This document shows positions 50,034 to 51,533 of a DNA stretch of 51,533 nt, piece by piece (position 1 is the stretch's first letter; every line of letters starts with the position of its first letter). The notes under the pieces were generated by a model. It was given only the letters and a program-made list of their open reading frames with translations. It was not told the origin of the DNA and did no database searches. Source of the DNA: a virus; the IMG/VR virus record IMGVR_UViG_3300045988_053936; one strand, written 5' to 3'. Position numbers and translations under genes: made by a program.

Positions 50034-51505
50034 TCAGCATCACCGCCGCCGTCCTGCGAATTTTCCGGATCGTTCCCATTGGCCCGTTCCTCCGCCAGCT
50101 CATCCCGTAGGCTCCGCTTCATCTTGCGTTGCTGTTCCTCGTACCAATCCATACTCATACGGTACGCAGACTCGGGGTCGCTGAATAGCCCGCTGTACTG
50201 GAACGCCAGCTTCGGATGAATCTTGCTATTGTTCAGCATCTCCGCCAGCACTTGCGCCTTGGATTGAATATTGGACAGGTTCTTGCGGGTAAACTCCGGC
50301 TTGATGTCGGATAGCTGCAAGCCCAAATCGCCAGTCTCCCGGCAGATATACAGCACCAGCCGCAGGAACTCCCGCTCCGCCCGCTCCCATGTCTTTTCCG
50401 TGTCCTTGGCCCGGCTCTCAGCGGCAGACCAACCATCTCGGTAAATAACCGCCTGCCCTGTGTCGCTGGTAGAGGAACCGCCGTTCCGGTTCGGCATCCC
50501 GCAGATGGTCAGGTATGCGTCCTTCAGATCGTTCACAATGGTCTGCGTGTTGGTCTGGTTCAGTTCAGAGGCGATACGATATACCTTGGCCTCCATACCG
50601 GGCTGAACGCTCTTGATAGTAATTGCCATTCCGCCCTTCGCCAGTTCCTTATACTGGCCATTCTCCAACTCACAGTTTTGGAACACATCGAATGCGTTGA
50701 CGAAATCCTGAATACTGTCAAGCCGGTTGGATTCAATCATGTTGATGGCATTCAGAATGGGGATGACTGGCTCAAAGGCCCCCATGCGGGCATCGTTGTT
50801 TACATACTCTACAATCGGGATATAGGGGATGGTACGGTCTTCCTGCTTTGTAATCTGGCCATTCTGCACCTCGAAATACCATTTAGGAGTGTAAACGCAG
50901 AAGTATGGCTGGCCCTCCTCGTCTACCTGTTCCAGAACACCAGCGACCTTTTTCTGCCCTACGCCGCTATGGTAAATGCAGAACGCCGCTCGCGGGTCGA
51001 GTGTGTAGATGGATGCCGGGGAACCGTCCTCCTCACCAGCTTCGTCAGGGAGTACCATGCGTACCGCTATGCCGCAAATGTGCATCCAGTCCGCTAATTC
51101 CTTGTCCAGTGTGTCTTTACTCTCAGATCGCATATACTCGTTGAGCGTGTTCACACTGGCGGAAATATCATCTTCTCCACCGTTGGACACATAGCGGATT
51201 GGGCCATCCAGGAGGTAAGCAGACTTGAAGACCACGATTTCGTTCGCCCGGTTAATCATCACCTTGTTGTTGATCTCCGGGCGGACGATTTTATCTTTTA
51301 AGCGGATGTCCTGTTTTCCTTTGTAATAGTCAAACAAATAGGACATTTCTGCCCTGTTCATGCGATGTACGGCCAGCGCCTTACCCAGCACCTCCACCAC
51401 GTTTTCCGGGGTGACTTTCTTCTTTGCGGTGTAGATTTTGCGCCGACCAGTCAGGCCATCAACCGGCCATTCGGATATAGCCCGAACAGTATCGTTTTCA
51501 GTCAC
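50030..51505 (-). CDS. Portal protein (SPP1 gp6-like)
   Basis: 491 aa, with a GTG start after GGAGGTG. Its position after terL on the circle supports the call. Confidence 0.85.
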   Translation of the reverse strand: MTENDTVRAISEWPVDGLTGRRKIYTAKKKVTPENVVEVLGKALAVHRMNRAEMSYLFDYYKGKQDIRLKDKIVRPEINNKVMINRANEIVVFKSAYLLDGPIRYVSNGGEDDISASVNTLNEYMRSESKDTLDKELADWMHICGIAVRMVLPDEAGEEDGSPASIYTLDPRAAFCIYHSGVGQKKVAGVLEQVDEEGQPYFCVYTPKWYFEVQNGQITKQEDRTIPYIPIVEYVNNDARMGAFEPVIPILNAINMIESNRLDSIQDFVNAFDVFQNCELENGQYKELAKGGMAITIKSVQPGMEAKVYRIASELNQTNTQTIVNDLKDAYLTICGMPNRNGGSSTSDTGQAVIYRDGWSAAESRAKDTEKTWERAEREFLRLVLYICRETGDLGLQLSDIKPEFTRKNLSNIQSKAQVLAEMLNNSKIHPKLAFQYSGLFSDPESAYRMSMDWYEEQQRKMKRSLRDELAEERANGNDPENSQDGGGDAE

Positions 51506-51533
51506 CTTGTCACCTCCAGAACAACAAAAAAAG
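51415..51533. repeat. Terminal direct repeat, identical to 1-119
   Basis: See the feature at 1-119. Confidence 0.95.

Overview
The window is a complete, circularly closed genome of about 51.4 kb: bases 1-119 are identical to 51415-51533. It looks like a temperate siphovirus-type phage or prophage of a Gram-positive, probably Clostridia-like host. The host call is inferred from GGAGG-type RBSs, frequent GTG/TTG starts and gene content. Nearly all genes lie on the minus strand.

Reading the minus strand from high to low coordinates:
- Head and tail module: portal, MuF-like minor head protein, scaffold, decoration protein, gpE-like major capsid, connector and neck proteins. An AT-rich homing-endonuclease-like insert sits among them. 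Then come the major tail protein, G/GT chaperones with an A_AAA_AAC -1 frameshift site, an AT-rich lipoprotein moron flanked by 21-bp inverted repeats, and a 1200-aa tape measure.
- Tail tip, fibre and lysis: XkdX- and XhlA-like proteins, a DUF4406-like protein, holin and amidase.
- Cargo next to attP: a plus-strand NYN-nuclease moron and an eight-gene cargo cluster ending at attP, which carries the 3' end of a tRNA.
- Plus-strand lysogeny module: integrase, a membrane zinc-ribbon protein, a CI-like repressor and a Ser/Arg-rich mini-ORF, facing a Cro-like gene.
- Early and replication module: a pentapeptide-repeat protein, 3D-domain protein, Gp157, Rad52-like SSAP, HNH, SSB, replisome organiser, DnaB-like helicase, RusA and a PAPS-reductase-like protein. 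It also holds three Lar-like zinc ribbons, YopX and two DUF551 proteins.
- Packaging: terS and terL are separated by about 5.2 kb of accessory DNA, a plus-strand cassette of nine small ORFs plus an AT-rich serine-recombinase cassette.

Most unusual signals:
1. A 12-nt motif, GTGCCAAGTGCC, recurs at each point where the late operon resumes after an insert. At two of these points it forms the 5' arm of an intrinsic terminator directly upstream of terL and portal.
2. A ~550-nt ORF-free, highly structured transcribed region lies between terL and portal.
3. Phased ATAGTCG repeats lie downstream of terS.
4. Three hairpins with identical AGAGAA loops precede the scaffold gene.
5. Thirty-one pentapeptide repeats are encoded by near-identical 15-bp DNA units.

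All functional calls come from my own reading of motifs and remembered protein families. No database search was run.
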